Below, piece after piece: positions 8,320 through 15,772 of a DNA stretch of 64,000 nucleotides. Below the pieces are notes generated by a model. That model saw only the letters and a list, made by a program, of their open reading frames with translations. It made no database searches and was not told where the DNA came from. A program made the translations under genes and the position numbers. Location: NCBI GenBank assembly GCA_963736255.1, contig CAVTOI010000002.1, positions 273,576 to 337,575 on the forward strand, read 5' to 3'. Source of the DNA: Candidatus Aminicenantes bacterium (GTDB lineage Bacteria; Acidobacteriota; Aminicenantia; Aminicenantales; Saccharicenantaceae). Numbering within the stretch: the stretch's first letter is position 1; every line of letters starts with the position of its first letter.

Positions 8320-10370
8320 TTTTTCCCCTCCCTGAGTTGGATTGCGAGCGCGGACCTGAGGTGGCCGACGATCTCCTGCTCGGCGCGGTCCACTTCCCCG
8401 GCCACGAGCGTCCTCTGCGGATGCCGGAAGCGGAGCCGGATGGTCAGGCTGACCTTGTCGGCCGGCAAGGGCGCGCCCGAGAACCGGTCGACGAGCTCGA
8501 AGCCCTCGAGCAGGGGCTGGTCGAGCCGGCCCAGGGCCCGGGCGATCTCGCCGTACGTGACGGAGCGGTCCATGAGGAACGACAGGTCGCGGACGGCCCC
8601 TGGCAGCTTCGGGACCGGCACGTACTCGAACGCCCGGGGCGTCTTCTCGAACAGGGCCGAAAGGTCGATCTCGGCCGCGTAGACCGGCCCGTCGACCGAC
8701 GCGGAGGCGGCCAGGTCCCGGCGCAGGAGTCCGAGACGGCCGACCTCCTGGCCCCGATAGAGGACGGCCAGGGCCCGGCCGGGCTCGTACGAGGGATGGT
8801 CCCGTTCTTCGAAGCCGGCCGGGTCGAAGCGAAGCGCCTCGAGGGCGGCCTCGACGGCGCCCTTGAGGAAGTAGAAATCCGTGGCCGCGGCGGGCGCGGC
8901 GAAGCCGGCGCCGGGCAGGAGCCCGGTCGTGAGCAGCCCGAGGTGAAAGTTCTCGCGGTGCTTCTCGTCGTCCCCCCAATAAAAGACGTTCCCCAGCTCG
9001 AAGATGTGGACGCCTTCGACTCCCCGGTTGAGGTTCCAGGCGGCGTTCTCGAGAAGACCGGGGAAAAGGGACGTGCGCATGACCGAGGCCCGGTTGGAGA
9101 TGGGGTTCTGGATCGCGACCGGCGTCCGCCCGCTCGCCACCGTCGCTTCCCTCTCCGGGTCGGCGAAGCTCCAGTTTATGACCTCGTCGAGGCCCTGGCC
9201 GGCCAGCGTCTCGCGGATCCGGGCCAGCCGGTCCCGTTTCCTGTTGACGACCGGGGCGAACGAATCGACGGGCGTGACCTCCGAAGGGATGCGGTCGTAG
9301 CCGTAGAACCGCGCGATCTCCTCGACCAGGTCCGCTTCCCTCGAGACGTCCACGCGGAACGTGGGGACTCCCACCCGCCAAGGCCCTTTGGGCGCGCCCT
9401 CGACACGGAACCCGAGCCGCCCGAGGACATCGACGACGAAACCCTCGGGGACCTCGACGCCGAGAAGCTCGGCGATGCGGCGAAGGCGCAAACGTACCGT
9501 CCTCGCCTTCGGCGGCTTGGGGTAGCGGTCGATCAGCCCCTTCGAGGCCAGGCCGCCCATCTGCGTCAGCAGGGACGCGGCCATGAGGGCCGCCTGCGGC
9601 GCGAAATCGATGTCGGCCCCCCGCTCGAAGCGGTAGGAGGCGTCGGTCGAGACGCCGAGCGCCTTGGCCGTCTTGCGGATCCCGACGGGATCGAAATTGG
9701 CGCTCTCGATGAAGACGTCGCGGGTCGACGCCGTGATGCCCGAGGCCTGGCCGCCGATGACGCCGGCCAGGGCCACCGGCCGTGACTCATCGGCGATGAC
9801 AAGCATGTCGGTCGAGAGCGCGAGCGTCCGCCCGTCGAGGTCGACGAGCGTCTCGCTGCGCTTGGCTTTGCGGACGACGATGCGGCCGCCGCCGATCCGG
9901 CCGAAATCGAAGGTGTGGATGGGTTGGGCCGTGGCGAAGAGAACGTAGTTCGAGACGTCGACGACGTTGTTGACGGGCCGAAGGCCCATGGCCTCGATCC
10001 GGCGCGTGAGCCAGGCGGGCGACGGCCCGACCGGGACGTTCCGGACGACGACGCCGCAGTACCGGGGGCACAGGGCCTCGGCGACGATCTGGACGTCGGC
10101 GATGTCCGTCGTGGCCTCGGGAAGCTCGGCGACGGGCCGGTCCTTCTCGATGAGCGGCAGGCCCAGGAGCGCCGCCAGCTCGCGGGCGACGCCGAGATGG
10201 CCGAGCGTGTCGGGCCGGTTGGCGTAGGTCTCGAGGTCGAGAATGAGGTCGCCGTCCCTCTCCTCGGTCGTGTCGGCGACGAGGCCGATCATCGTCAGCT
10301 TGTCGAGGATCTCTTGCCGGGGGAGGTCGACGGCGACGTATTCGCGGAGCCACTCCAGACTGATCTTCAT
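8316..10370 (-). CDS. pheT: Phenylalanine--tRNA ligase beta subunit (short form, lacks the N-terminal tRNA-binding OB domain)
   Basis: 684 aa: MKISLEWLREYV...DLETYANRPDTLGHLGVARELAA..., with B3/4, B5, catalytic-like and FDX-ACB regions. The sequence goes from B1 directly to the NRPD motif. Confidence 0.95.
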   Translation of the reverse strand: MKISLEWLREYVAVDLPRQEILDKLTMIGLVADTTEERDGDLILDLETYANRPDTLGHLGVARELAALLGLPLIEKDRPVAELPEATTDIADVQIVAEALCPRYCGVVVRNVPVGPSPAWLTRRIEAMGLRPVNNVVDVSNYVLFATAQPIHTFDFGRIGGGRIVVRKAKRSETLVDLDGRTLALSTDMLVIADESRPVALAGVIGGQASGITASTRDVFIESANFDPVGIRKTAKALGVSTDASYRFERGADIDFAPQAALMAASLLTQMGGLASKGLIDRYPKPPKARTVRLRLRRIAELLGVEVPEGFVVDVLGRLGFRVEGAPKGPWRVGVPTFRVDVSREADLVEEIARFYGYDRIPSEVTPVDSFAPVVNRKRDRLARIRETLAGQGLDEVINWSFADPEREATVASGRTPVAIQNPISNRASVMRTSLFPGLLENAAWNLNRGVEGVHIFELGNVFYWGDDEKHRENFHLGLLTTGLLPGAGFAAPAAATDFYFLKGAVEAALEALRFDPAGFEERDHPSYEPGRALAVLYRGQEVGRLGLLRRDLAASASVDGPVYAAEIDLSALFEKTPRAFEYVPVPKLPGAVRDLSFLMDRSVTYGEIARALGRLDQPLLEGFELVDRFSGAPLPADKVSLTIRLRFRHPQRTLVAGEVDRAEQEIVGHLRSALAIQLREGKN

Positions 10371-11401
10371 TTCTTCCCGAATTGCCTGAGGAACCTCAGG
10401 TCGTTCTCATAAAAGTACCGCATCTCGGGGATGCCGAAGGCGAACATGGCCGTGCGGTCGATGCCGAGGCCGAAGGCCCACCCGGAATACGTCTCCGGGT
10501 CGATGTTGACGTTCTTGAGGACCTGGGGGTCGACCATGCCCGATCCCAGGATCTCCTTCCAGCCCGTGCCGGCACAGACGCGGCAGCCCGGGTCCTTCCC
10601 GGAGCAGACGATGCACTCGATGTCGACCTCGGCCGAGGGCTCGGTGAAGGGGAAAAAGCTCGGACGGAAGCGGATCTTGACCTTCTCGCCGAACAAGGCC
10701 CGGATGAAATATTCGAGCGTGCCCTTGAGATGGGCGAAGGTGATGCCCTTGTCGATGACCAGCCCCTCGACCTGCATGAACATCGGCAGGTGCGTCGGGT
10801 CGGGCGTCTCGCGGCGGAAGACCCGGCCGGGGCAGATGATGCGGATGGGCGGCTTCGACCGCTCCATGACCCGGACCTGGACGGGGGACGTGTGGGTCCG
10901 GAGAAGCAGGTCGCCCTTGATGAAGAGCGTGTCCCACTTGTCGCGGGCCGGGTGGTGCGGCGGGAAGTTGAGGGCCTCGAAGTTGTAGTAGTCCGTCTCG
11001 ATCTCGGGGCCCTCCTCGATGGCGAAGCCCATGCCGAGAAAGACCCTCTCGATCTCCTCCTGGAAGAGCGTGAGCGGATGGAGCGACCCGGCGTAGCGCT
11101 TCCGGCCGGGGAGCGTCAGGTCGATCGCCCGGGCCGGGCGGACGGCCGTCCGGGCCTCGGACTCGAGCGCCTGGAGGCGGTCGACGACGGCGGTCTTGAG
11201 CTCGTTGACGAGGCGCCCGGCCTCGCGCTTGTCCTCGGCCGGGACGGACTTCAGGTCCTCGAAGAGGAGGGTGATGTGGCCCCTCTTACGGCTCAGGAAG
11301 GCCGTCCGGAGCTCTTCGAGGGCCTTGGCGTCGCCCGCCTTGAGGGCGGCGGCCTCGAACTCCTTCCTGAGACCGTCGATCCGGTCCTTCAGATTGGCCA
11401 T
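10367..11401 (-). CDS. pheS: Phenylalanine--tRNA ligase alpha subunit
   Basis: 344 aa: ...HPLTLFQEEIERVFLGMGF...HHPARDKWDTLF...LRTHTSPVQVR...FRPSFFPFTEPSAEVD... Confidence 0.95.
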   Translation of the reverse strand: MANLKDRIDGLRKEFEAAALKAGDAKALEELRTAFLSRKRGHITLLFEDLKSVPAEDKREAGRLVNELKTAVVDRLQALESEARTAVRPARAIDLTLPGRKRYAGSLHPLTLFQEEIERVFLGMGFAIEEGPEIETDYYNFEALNFPPHHPARDKWDTLFIKGDLLLRTHTSPVQVRVMERSKPPIRIICPGRVFRRETPDPTHLPMFMQVEGLVIDKGITFAHLKGTLEYFIRALFGEKVKIRFRPSFFPFTEPSAEVDIECIVCSGKDPGCRVCAGTGWKEILGSGMVDPQVLKNVNIDPETYSGWAFGLGIDRTAMFAFGIPEMRYFYENDLRFLRQFGKK

Positions 11402-11410
11402 CGGCGGGAG

Positions 11411-11767
11411 CTAGGCGGCCGGCGTCTTGGTTCTCTCGACGAGGTGGGCGAAGGTGGCCGGCGCGTTGACGGCCAGATCGGCCAGGATCTTGCGGTCGAG
11501 GGTGATGCCGAGGTCCTTGAGGCCGCGGATGAAGCGGCTGTAGGACATCCCGTTGGCGACGGCCCCGGCCTTGATGCGGACGATCCAGAGGCTGCGGAAA
11601 TCCCGCTTTTTGGCCCGCCGGTCACGGTAGGCATAGAGGAGGGATTTCTCGACCGCTTCTTTGGCGGTCCGGTAATTGCGGCTCTTGGCGCCGAAATAGC
11701 CCTTGGCCAGGCCGAGGACCTTGGTGCGGCGGTCGTGCCGCTTGGTGCTGCGTTTCACGCGGGGCAT
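11411..11767 (-). CDS. rplT: 50S ribosomal protein L20
   Basis: [39 protein letters not shown]... Confidence 0.95.
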   Translation of the reverse strand: MPRVKRSTKRHDRRTKVLGLAKGYFGAKSRNYRTAKEAVEKSLLYAYRDRRAKKRDFRSLWIVRIKAGAVANGMSYSRFIRGLKDLGITLDRKILADLAVNAPATFAHLVERTKTPAA

Positions 11768-11795
11768 GATGGTCTCCTTGGTGCGCGGGTCGACG

Positions 11796-11996
11796 TTACA
11801 TGTCGTAAGGGAGCATGGTCTTGAGCATCTTGCGATGGGTCGGGCTGAGCTCGACCAGCTTGCCCAGCTGCCGTTTGCGCTTGCGCGATTTCTTGGTCAG
11901 GATGTGCTTCTTATTCGCTTGGGCGTGCAGGAGCTTTTTCTTGGCCGTGACCTTGAACCTCTTTTGGGCTCCCTTGTGGGTTTTTAACTTTGGCAT
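11796..11996 (-). CDS. rpmI: 50S ribosomal protein L35
   Basis: [24 protein letters not shown]... The ATG at 11996 is preceded by GGAGG-AAAAG. The track start (TTG 12008) is inside the SD. Confidence 0.9.
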   Translation of the reverse strand: MPKLKTHKGAQKRFKVTAKKKLLHAQANKKHILTKKSRKRKRQLGKLVELSPTHRKMLKTMLPYDM

Positions 11997-12552
11997 CTTT
12001 TCCTCCAACTTTCGTGGGGACCAGCAGGGCGGACACGGCCCAATCCTGTTTGCGGGCCGAGCCGTCCTGGGTGGCCATTTCCTTGACGTCGGCGAGGACC
12101 CGGTCGAGGACCTGGTAGCCGAGCTCCGGTTTCTGCTTCTCGCGGCCGCGCAGCATGACGGTGATCTTGACCTTGTTGCCTTCCCCGAGAAAGCGCCGGA
12201 CGTGCTTCATCTTGAAGTCGTAGTCGTGGATGCTGATCTTGGGCCGGAACTTGATCTCTTTGATCTGGATCTGCTTCTGATGCTTCTTGGCCTCGTGGTC
12301 CTTCTTGTGCTGCTCGTACAGGAACTTGCCGTAGTCCGTGATCTTGCAGACCGGCGGGTCGGCCGTGGGCGCGATCTCGACGAGGTCGAGGCCGCGCTCC
12401 CGGGCCAGCTGGATGGCCTGGACGGTGGGCATGACGCCGAGGGCGTTGCGCTCCTCGTCGATGACCCGGACTTCGCGCGCAGGGATCATCTCGTTGATCC
12501 GGTGGGGCTTGGCTTTGGCGGCCACAGGATAGAAACCGTGTCTCTTGAAAAT
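11911..12552 (-). CDS. infC: Translation initiation factor IF-3, probable AUU start
   Basis: [20 protein letters not shown]...[24 protein letters not shown]...[20 protein letters not shown]. In-frame ATT at 12552-12550 lies 7 nt after a perfect AGGAGG that follows the thrS TAG. The track start is GTG 12525. The 3' end overlaps rpmI by 86 nt. Confidence 0.85.
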   Translation of the reverse strand: MFKRHGFYPVAAKAKPHRINEMIPAREVRVIDEERNALGVMPTVQAIQLARERGLDLVEIAPTADPPVCKITDYGKFLYEQHKKDHEAKKHQKQIQIKEIKFRPKISIHDYDFKMKHVRRFLGEGNKVKITVMLRGREKQKPELGYQVLDRVLADVKEMATQDGSARKQDWAVSALLVPTKVGGKDAKVKNPQGSPKEVQGHGQEKAPARPSE

Positions 12553-12565
12553 GGCGGGTCCTCCT

Positions 12566-14326
12566 CTAAAAATTCACAATGAGACTTTTTTGACGATTCA
12601 AAGCGAGGGCCTGCTCGAGGAAGCGGGCCACGTCGATCTCGCCCTTGTCCCCCTGGCCGTGGACGCGCAGGGACGCCGAGCCGCGCTCGACCTCCTTGTC
12701 GCCGACGACGAGGATGAGCGGGATCTTCTCGACCTCGGCCTGGCGGATCTTCTTTCCGACCTTCTCGCGGCTGAGGTCGACCGACGAGCGCAGGCCGCTC
12801 TCGCGGCACTTCGCGTCGAGGCCCTTGGCATAGGCCTCGTGGCGCTCGGCGATAGGCAGGACCATGACCTGGACGGGGGCCAGCCACAGGGGAAAGCTCC
12901 CGTTGTAGTGTTCGATGAGGACGCCGAAGAAGCGCTCGAGGGAGCCGAGCAGGGCCCGGTGGACCATGTAGGGGCGATGCTCCTGGCCGTCCTCGCCGAC
13001 GTAGGTCATGCCGAAGCGCTCGGACATGTTGAAATCGAATTGGATGGTCGTGCACTGCCACAACCGGCCGATGGCGTCCTTGATCTTGATGTCGATCTTG
13101 GGCCCGTAGAAGACGGCCTCGCCCTCCATCCGCTCGTACGGATAGCCACGGGTCTCCAGGGCCTTGACGAGGGACGCCTCGGCCTGGCGCCAGAGGGCGT
13201 CCGAGCCGGCGTATTTCCCCGGGTTCTTCGGGTCGCGGACCGACAGCTCGATCGTGTTGTCGGTAAAGCCGAAGTCGGCCAGGATGGAGACCGAGAAATC
13301 GAGGACCCTCAGGATCTCGTCCTCGATCTGTTCGGGCGTGCAGATGATATGGGCGTCGTCCTGGGTGAAGCCGCGGACGCGCAGGAGACCGTGGAGGGTG
13401 CCGCTTCGCTCGTAGCGGTAGACGGTGCCGAGCTCGGCCCAGCGCAGGGGCAGGTCCCGGTACGAGCGCATCCGGGACTTGTAGATCTGGATGTGGAAGG
13501 GGCAGTTCATCGGCTTGAGATAGTAAGCCTCGTCGTCGATGTCCATCGGCGAGTACATGCTGTGCTTGTAGAAGCCGAGGTGGCCCGAGGTCTCCCACAG
13601 CGTCGCCCGGCCGATGTGGGGGGTGAAGAGGATGTCGTAGCCGCCGGCCCAATGGCGCTCGCGCCAGTGCTGCTCGATGACGGCCCGGACACGGGCGCCC
13701 TTGGGGTGCCAGAGGATGAGCCCGCCGCCGAGGACGTCGTTGGAGCTGAAGAGGTCGAGCTCGGCGCCGAGCCGGCGGTGGTCGCGCTTCTTGGCCTCCT
13801 CGAGCATGTGGAGGTGGTCCTCGAGCTCCTTCCTGGTCGGGAAGACCGCGCCGTAGATCCGCTGCATCTGAGGGCCGCGCTCGTCGCCCTTCCAGTAGGC
13901 CCCGGAGACCGAGAGGAGCTTGACGTTCTCGAGCAGGCCGGTCGAGGGGACGTGGGGGCCGAGGCAGAAGTCGGCGAACGGGCCCTGGCGGTAGACGGTC
14001 ACCGTGGCGTCGCCCTTCTCGCGGATGAGCTCGACCTTGAGCGGCTGCTTCTTCTCCTCGAACATCCGCATGGCCTCGTCCTTGGAGAGGACGAGCCGCT
14101 CGACGGGAACGTCCGCGCGGGCGAGCTCCTTCATGCGCTTTTCGATGGCCTCGAGGTCCTCGGGGGTGAAGGGAACGTCCCTCAGGAAGTCGTAATAGAA
14201 CCCGGTTTCGACGGCCGGGCCGACGCCGGTCTTGGTCTCGGGATAGAGATCGAGGACGGCGTGGGCCAGGAGATGCGCGGCGCTGTGGCGCAGAACGTCG
14301 ATCGAAATATTCGCGTCGTCACTCAT
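12566..14326 (-). CDS. thrS: Threonine--tRNA ligase (no N-terminal TGS domain)
   Basis: 586 aa starting at the editing/SAD region: LRHSAAHLLAHAVLDLYP...GFYYDF; class II motifs ...KPMNCPFHIQIY...FTQDDAHIIC... Confidence 0.95.
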   Translation of the reverse strand: MSDDANISIDVLRHSAAHLLAHAVLDLYPETKTGVGPAVETGFYYDFLRDVPFTPEDLEAIEKRMKELARADVPVERLVLSKDEAMRMFEEKKQPLKVELIREKGDATVTVYRQGPFADFCLGPHVPSTGLLENVKLLSVSGAYWKGDERGPQMQRIYGAVFPTRKELEDHLHMLEEAKKRDHRRLGAELDLFSSNDVLGGGLILWHPKGARVRAVIEQHWRERHWAGGYDILFTPHIGRATLWETSGHLGFYKHSMYSPMDIDDEAYYLKPMNCPFHIQIYKSRMRSYRDLPLRWAELGTVYRYERSGTLHGLLRVRGFTQDDAHIICTPEQIEDEILRVLDFSVSILADFGFTDNTIELSVRDPKNPGKYAGSDALWRQAEASLVKALETRGYPYERMEGEAVFYGPKIDIKIKDAIGRLWQCTTIQFDFNMSERFGMTYVGEDGQEHRPYMVHRALLGSLERFFGVLIEHYNGSFPLWLAPVQVMVLPIAERHEAYAKGLDAKCRESGLRSSVDLSREKVGKKIRQAEVEKIPLILVVGDKEVERGSASLRVHGQGDKGEIDVARFLEQALALNRQKSLIVNF

Positions 14327-14408
14327 TCTCGTTTGCAGTCCCTTAAGGGCGGGCGATTCAAGTCCGACCGGTCCGGCGGCTCGTTGAATTCTGACCGCAA
14401 TGTTCTCG

Positions 14409-14483
14409 TGGTAGGCGCGGAGGGGATTGAACCCACGGCCTCTTCCGTGTCAGGGAAGCGCTCTCCCACTGAGCTACGCGCCT
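14409..14483 (-). tRNA. tRNA-Val (anticodon GAC), CCA encoded
   Basis: Minus strand: AGGCGCG-TA-GCTC-AGTGGGA-GAGC-G-CTTCC-CTGACAC-GGAAG-AGGCC-GTGGG-TTCAATC-CCCTC-CGCGCCT-A-CCA. This is a 75-nt cloverleaf with a 7-bp acceptor stem. There is one U-U mismatch in the T stem. Confidence 0.9.
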
Positions 14484-14509
14484 ATACTTCCGCTATTAAA
14501 AGCCGTTCT

Positions 14510-14538
14510 ATCTTAAGCAAATCGGCCCGAATAGTCAA
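14510..14538 (-). promoter_or_regulatory. Sigma70-like promoter upstream of tRNA-Val/thrS operon
   Basis: Minus strand TTGACT-N17-TAAGAT, about 25 nt upstream of the tRNA 5' end. Confidence 0.5.
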
Positions 14539-14561
14539 TATGGCATTCTTGGCCCCCGGAA

Positions 14562-14607
14562 ATGGGGACGCTTCTATTTTTCGTGGCAAAAACAGAAGCG
14601 TCCCCAT
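14562..14607. promoter_or_regulatory. Long near-perfect hairpin/palindrome in the divergent tRNA-Val / phosphoesterase control region
   Basis: ATGGGGACGCTTCT (14562-14575) pairs perfectly with AGAAGCGTCCCCAT (14594-14607). After one A/C mismatch, TTTTT/AAAAA adds 5 bp around a 6-nt loop CGTGGC. Confidence 0.5.
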
Positions 14608-14615
14608 CTCCCCGG

Positions 14616-15140
14616 ATGGCCGCCTTTAAGGGTATAATCGAGGGAGAGAGGCTCCTTTTGATCGGCATCCTGTCCGACACGCACGACAACCTGACCCGGG
14701 TCCGCGAGGCCGTTCGCCTGTTCAACGACGCCGGCTGCGACCTCGTCATCCACGCCGGCGACTTCGTCGCCCCCTTTACGGCCGAGGAGCTCCGGAACCT
14801 CAGCGCCCCCGTCAAGGCCGTTTTCGGCAATTGCGACGGCGAGAAGGCGGGCCTGGCCAGGGCCTTCCGTGGACTCGGGGAGATCGGGGAAGCGCCCCTC
14901 AGGTTCAGCCATGCCGGCCGCCGCTTCTGCATCTGCCACCTCGACGGGGCCGTGGGCGGCCTCGTCGCCGCAAAGGCCTGCGATATTGTCGTTTTCGGCC
15001 ATACCCACCGCCCCTTGGTCGAATCCCGCCACGGCGTACTCGTCGTAAACCCCGGCGAGACCGGGGGCTGGCTCCGGGGGAAGAGCACGGTCGCCCTGCT
15101 CGACCCGGCCGCCCCCTCCGCCGAGATCATCACCCTCTAG
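14616..15140 (+). CDS. YfcE/MJ0936-family metallophosphoesterase
   Basis: IGILSDTHDNLTRVREAV...DLVIHAGDFVAP...GNCDGE...VVFGHTHRP...VNPGE. The start is uncertain. ATG 14616 has no SD. TTG 14658 with GGAGAGAGG upstream gives the family-typical MIGILSDTH. Confidence 0.8.
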   Translation: MAAFKGIIEGERLLLIGILSDTHDNLTRVREAVRLFNDAGCDLVIHAGDFVAPFTAEELRNLSAPVKAVFGNCDGEKAGLARAFRGLGEIGEAPLRFSHAGRRFCICHLDGAVGGLVAAKACDIVVFGHTHRPLVESRHGVLVVNPGETGGWLRGKSTVALLDPAAPSAEIITL

Positions 15141-15336
15141 AGGTCCCCATGCCGCACCCCATCAATCGCCGCCAAAAGCCCGCCTGGAAGCAGCCCCGTC
15201 GCACCCCGGCCCCGCCCCTCCCGAAGGCCGGCTTCCAGAAGCGCGCCCCCGGCCGCAAGATCTCGCCCTCCTCCAAGCCCAGATAGCGCTATCAAGGCTT
15301 ATATTAATCTATTTCAATAAGATAACCGGGGGAGGT

Positions 15337-15632
15337 GTGCGCCTCAAGGACTTTGCATGGGGGCATGTCCAGGGGCGGGCGCAACCGGGGTCCGAGTGGA
15401 TCATCGGAGGGAGCATAAGCGGTGATTTAGCCGGTCGGGAGCCGGAGGAGGGTAGTTTCAGGGGAAACCGCCAAAACGTGTGTGAGCGAGGCGTAGCGCA
15501 CGCCGAGCGAGTTGTTTTGGCGCCGAATCCGGCGAACGGACCGGCGTGAAGAATCACCGCAGCGACCGGAGATGACCCCCGAGGACCCTGCGACCGACCC
15601 ATCGACCGCCCCGAGCCGAGAAGTCCTATAGA
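15337..15632 (+). repeat. Conserved structured intergenic element, copy A (long form)
   Basis: Shares blocks with copy B: 15400-15434 ATCATCGGAGGGAGCATAAGCGGTGATTTAGCCGG and 15543-15588 GGCGTGAAGAATCACCGCAGCGACCGGAGATGACCCCCGAGGACCC. It also shares a GTGCGCC 5' motif and a CTATAGA 3' motif. Helix GCGGTGATT (15419-15427) pairs with AATCACCGC (15552-15560). Confidence 0.6.
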
Positions 15633-15662
15633 GCGAGAACTTCCCGGCGGCCCCTCCTTATA

Positions 15663-15691
15663 TTGATTTAAAAGCCTTATTGGGCTATACT
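15663..15691 (+). promoter_or_regulatory. Sigma70-like promoter for the P-loop/arcC/argF operon
   Basis: TTGATT-N17-TATACT, about 80 nt upstream of ATG 15773. Confidence 0.5.
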
Positions 15692-15772
15692 TATCCTTCT
15701 TTTTCGGACAATTGAAGATCTTTTGATTCTTGTGCGGAGAAGTTTTTGCTAAATGAGAAAGGAGCTTGCGGC

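Noticed and set aside
15149-15286. 45-aa very basic Pro/Lys/Arg-rich ORF (MPHPINRRQKPAWKQPRRTPAPPLPKAGFQKRAPGRKISPSSKPR) directly after the phosphoesterase stop, with a GAGG 5 nt upstream.
   Set aside because: It is too short, and its composition is what GC-rich non-coding DNA yields by chance. No recognisable family. It is kept only as a possibility to test by conservation or Ribo-seq.
15337-15343. Group II intron interpretation of the repeated element. Both copies begin GTGCGCC, like the GUGYG intron 5' end, and end near ...CTAT.
   Set aside because: The copies are only about 210-300 nt. There is no recognisable domain V (AGC-triad hairpin with GNRA loop), no domain VI bulged A and no IEP ORF. 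Both lie in intergenic DNA rather than interrupting a gene.
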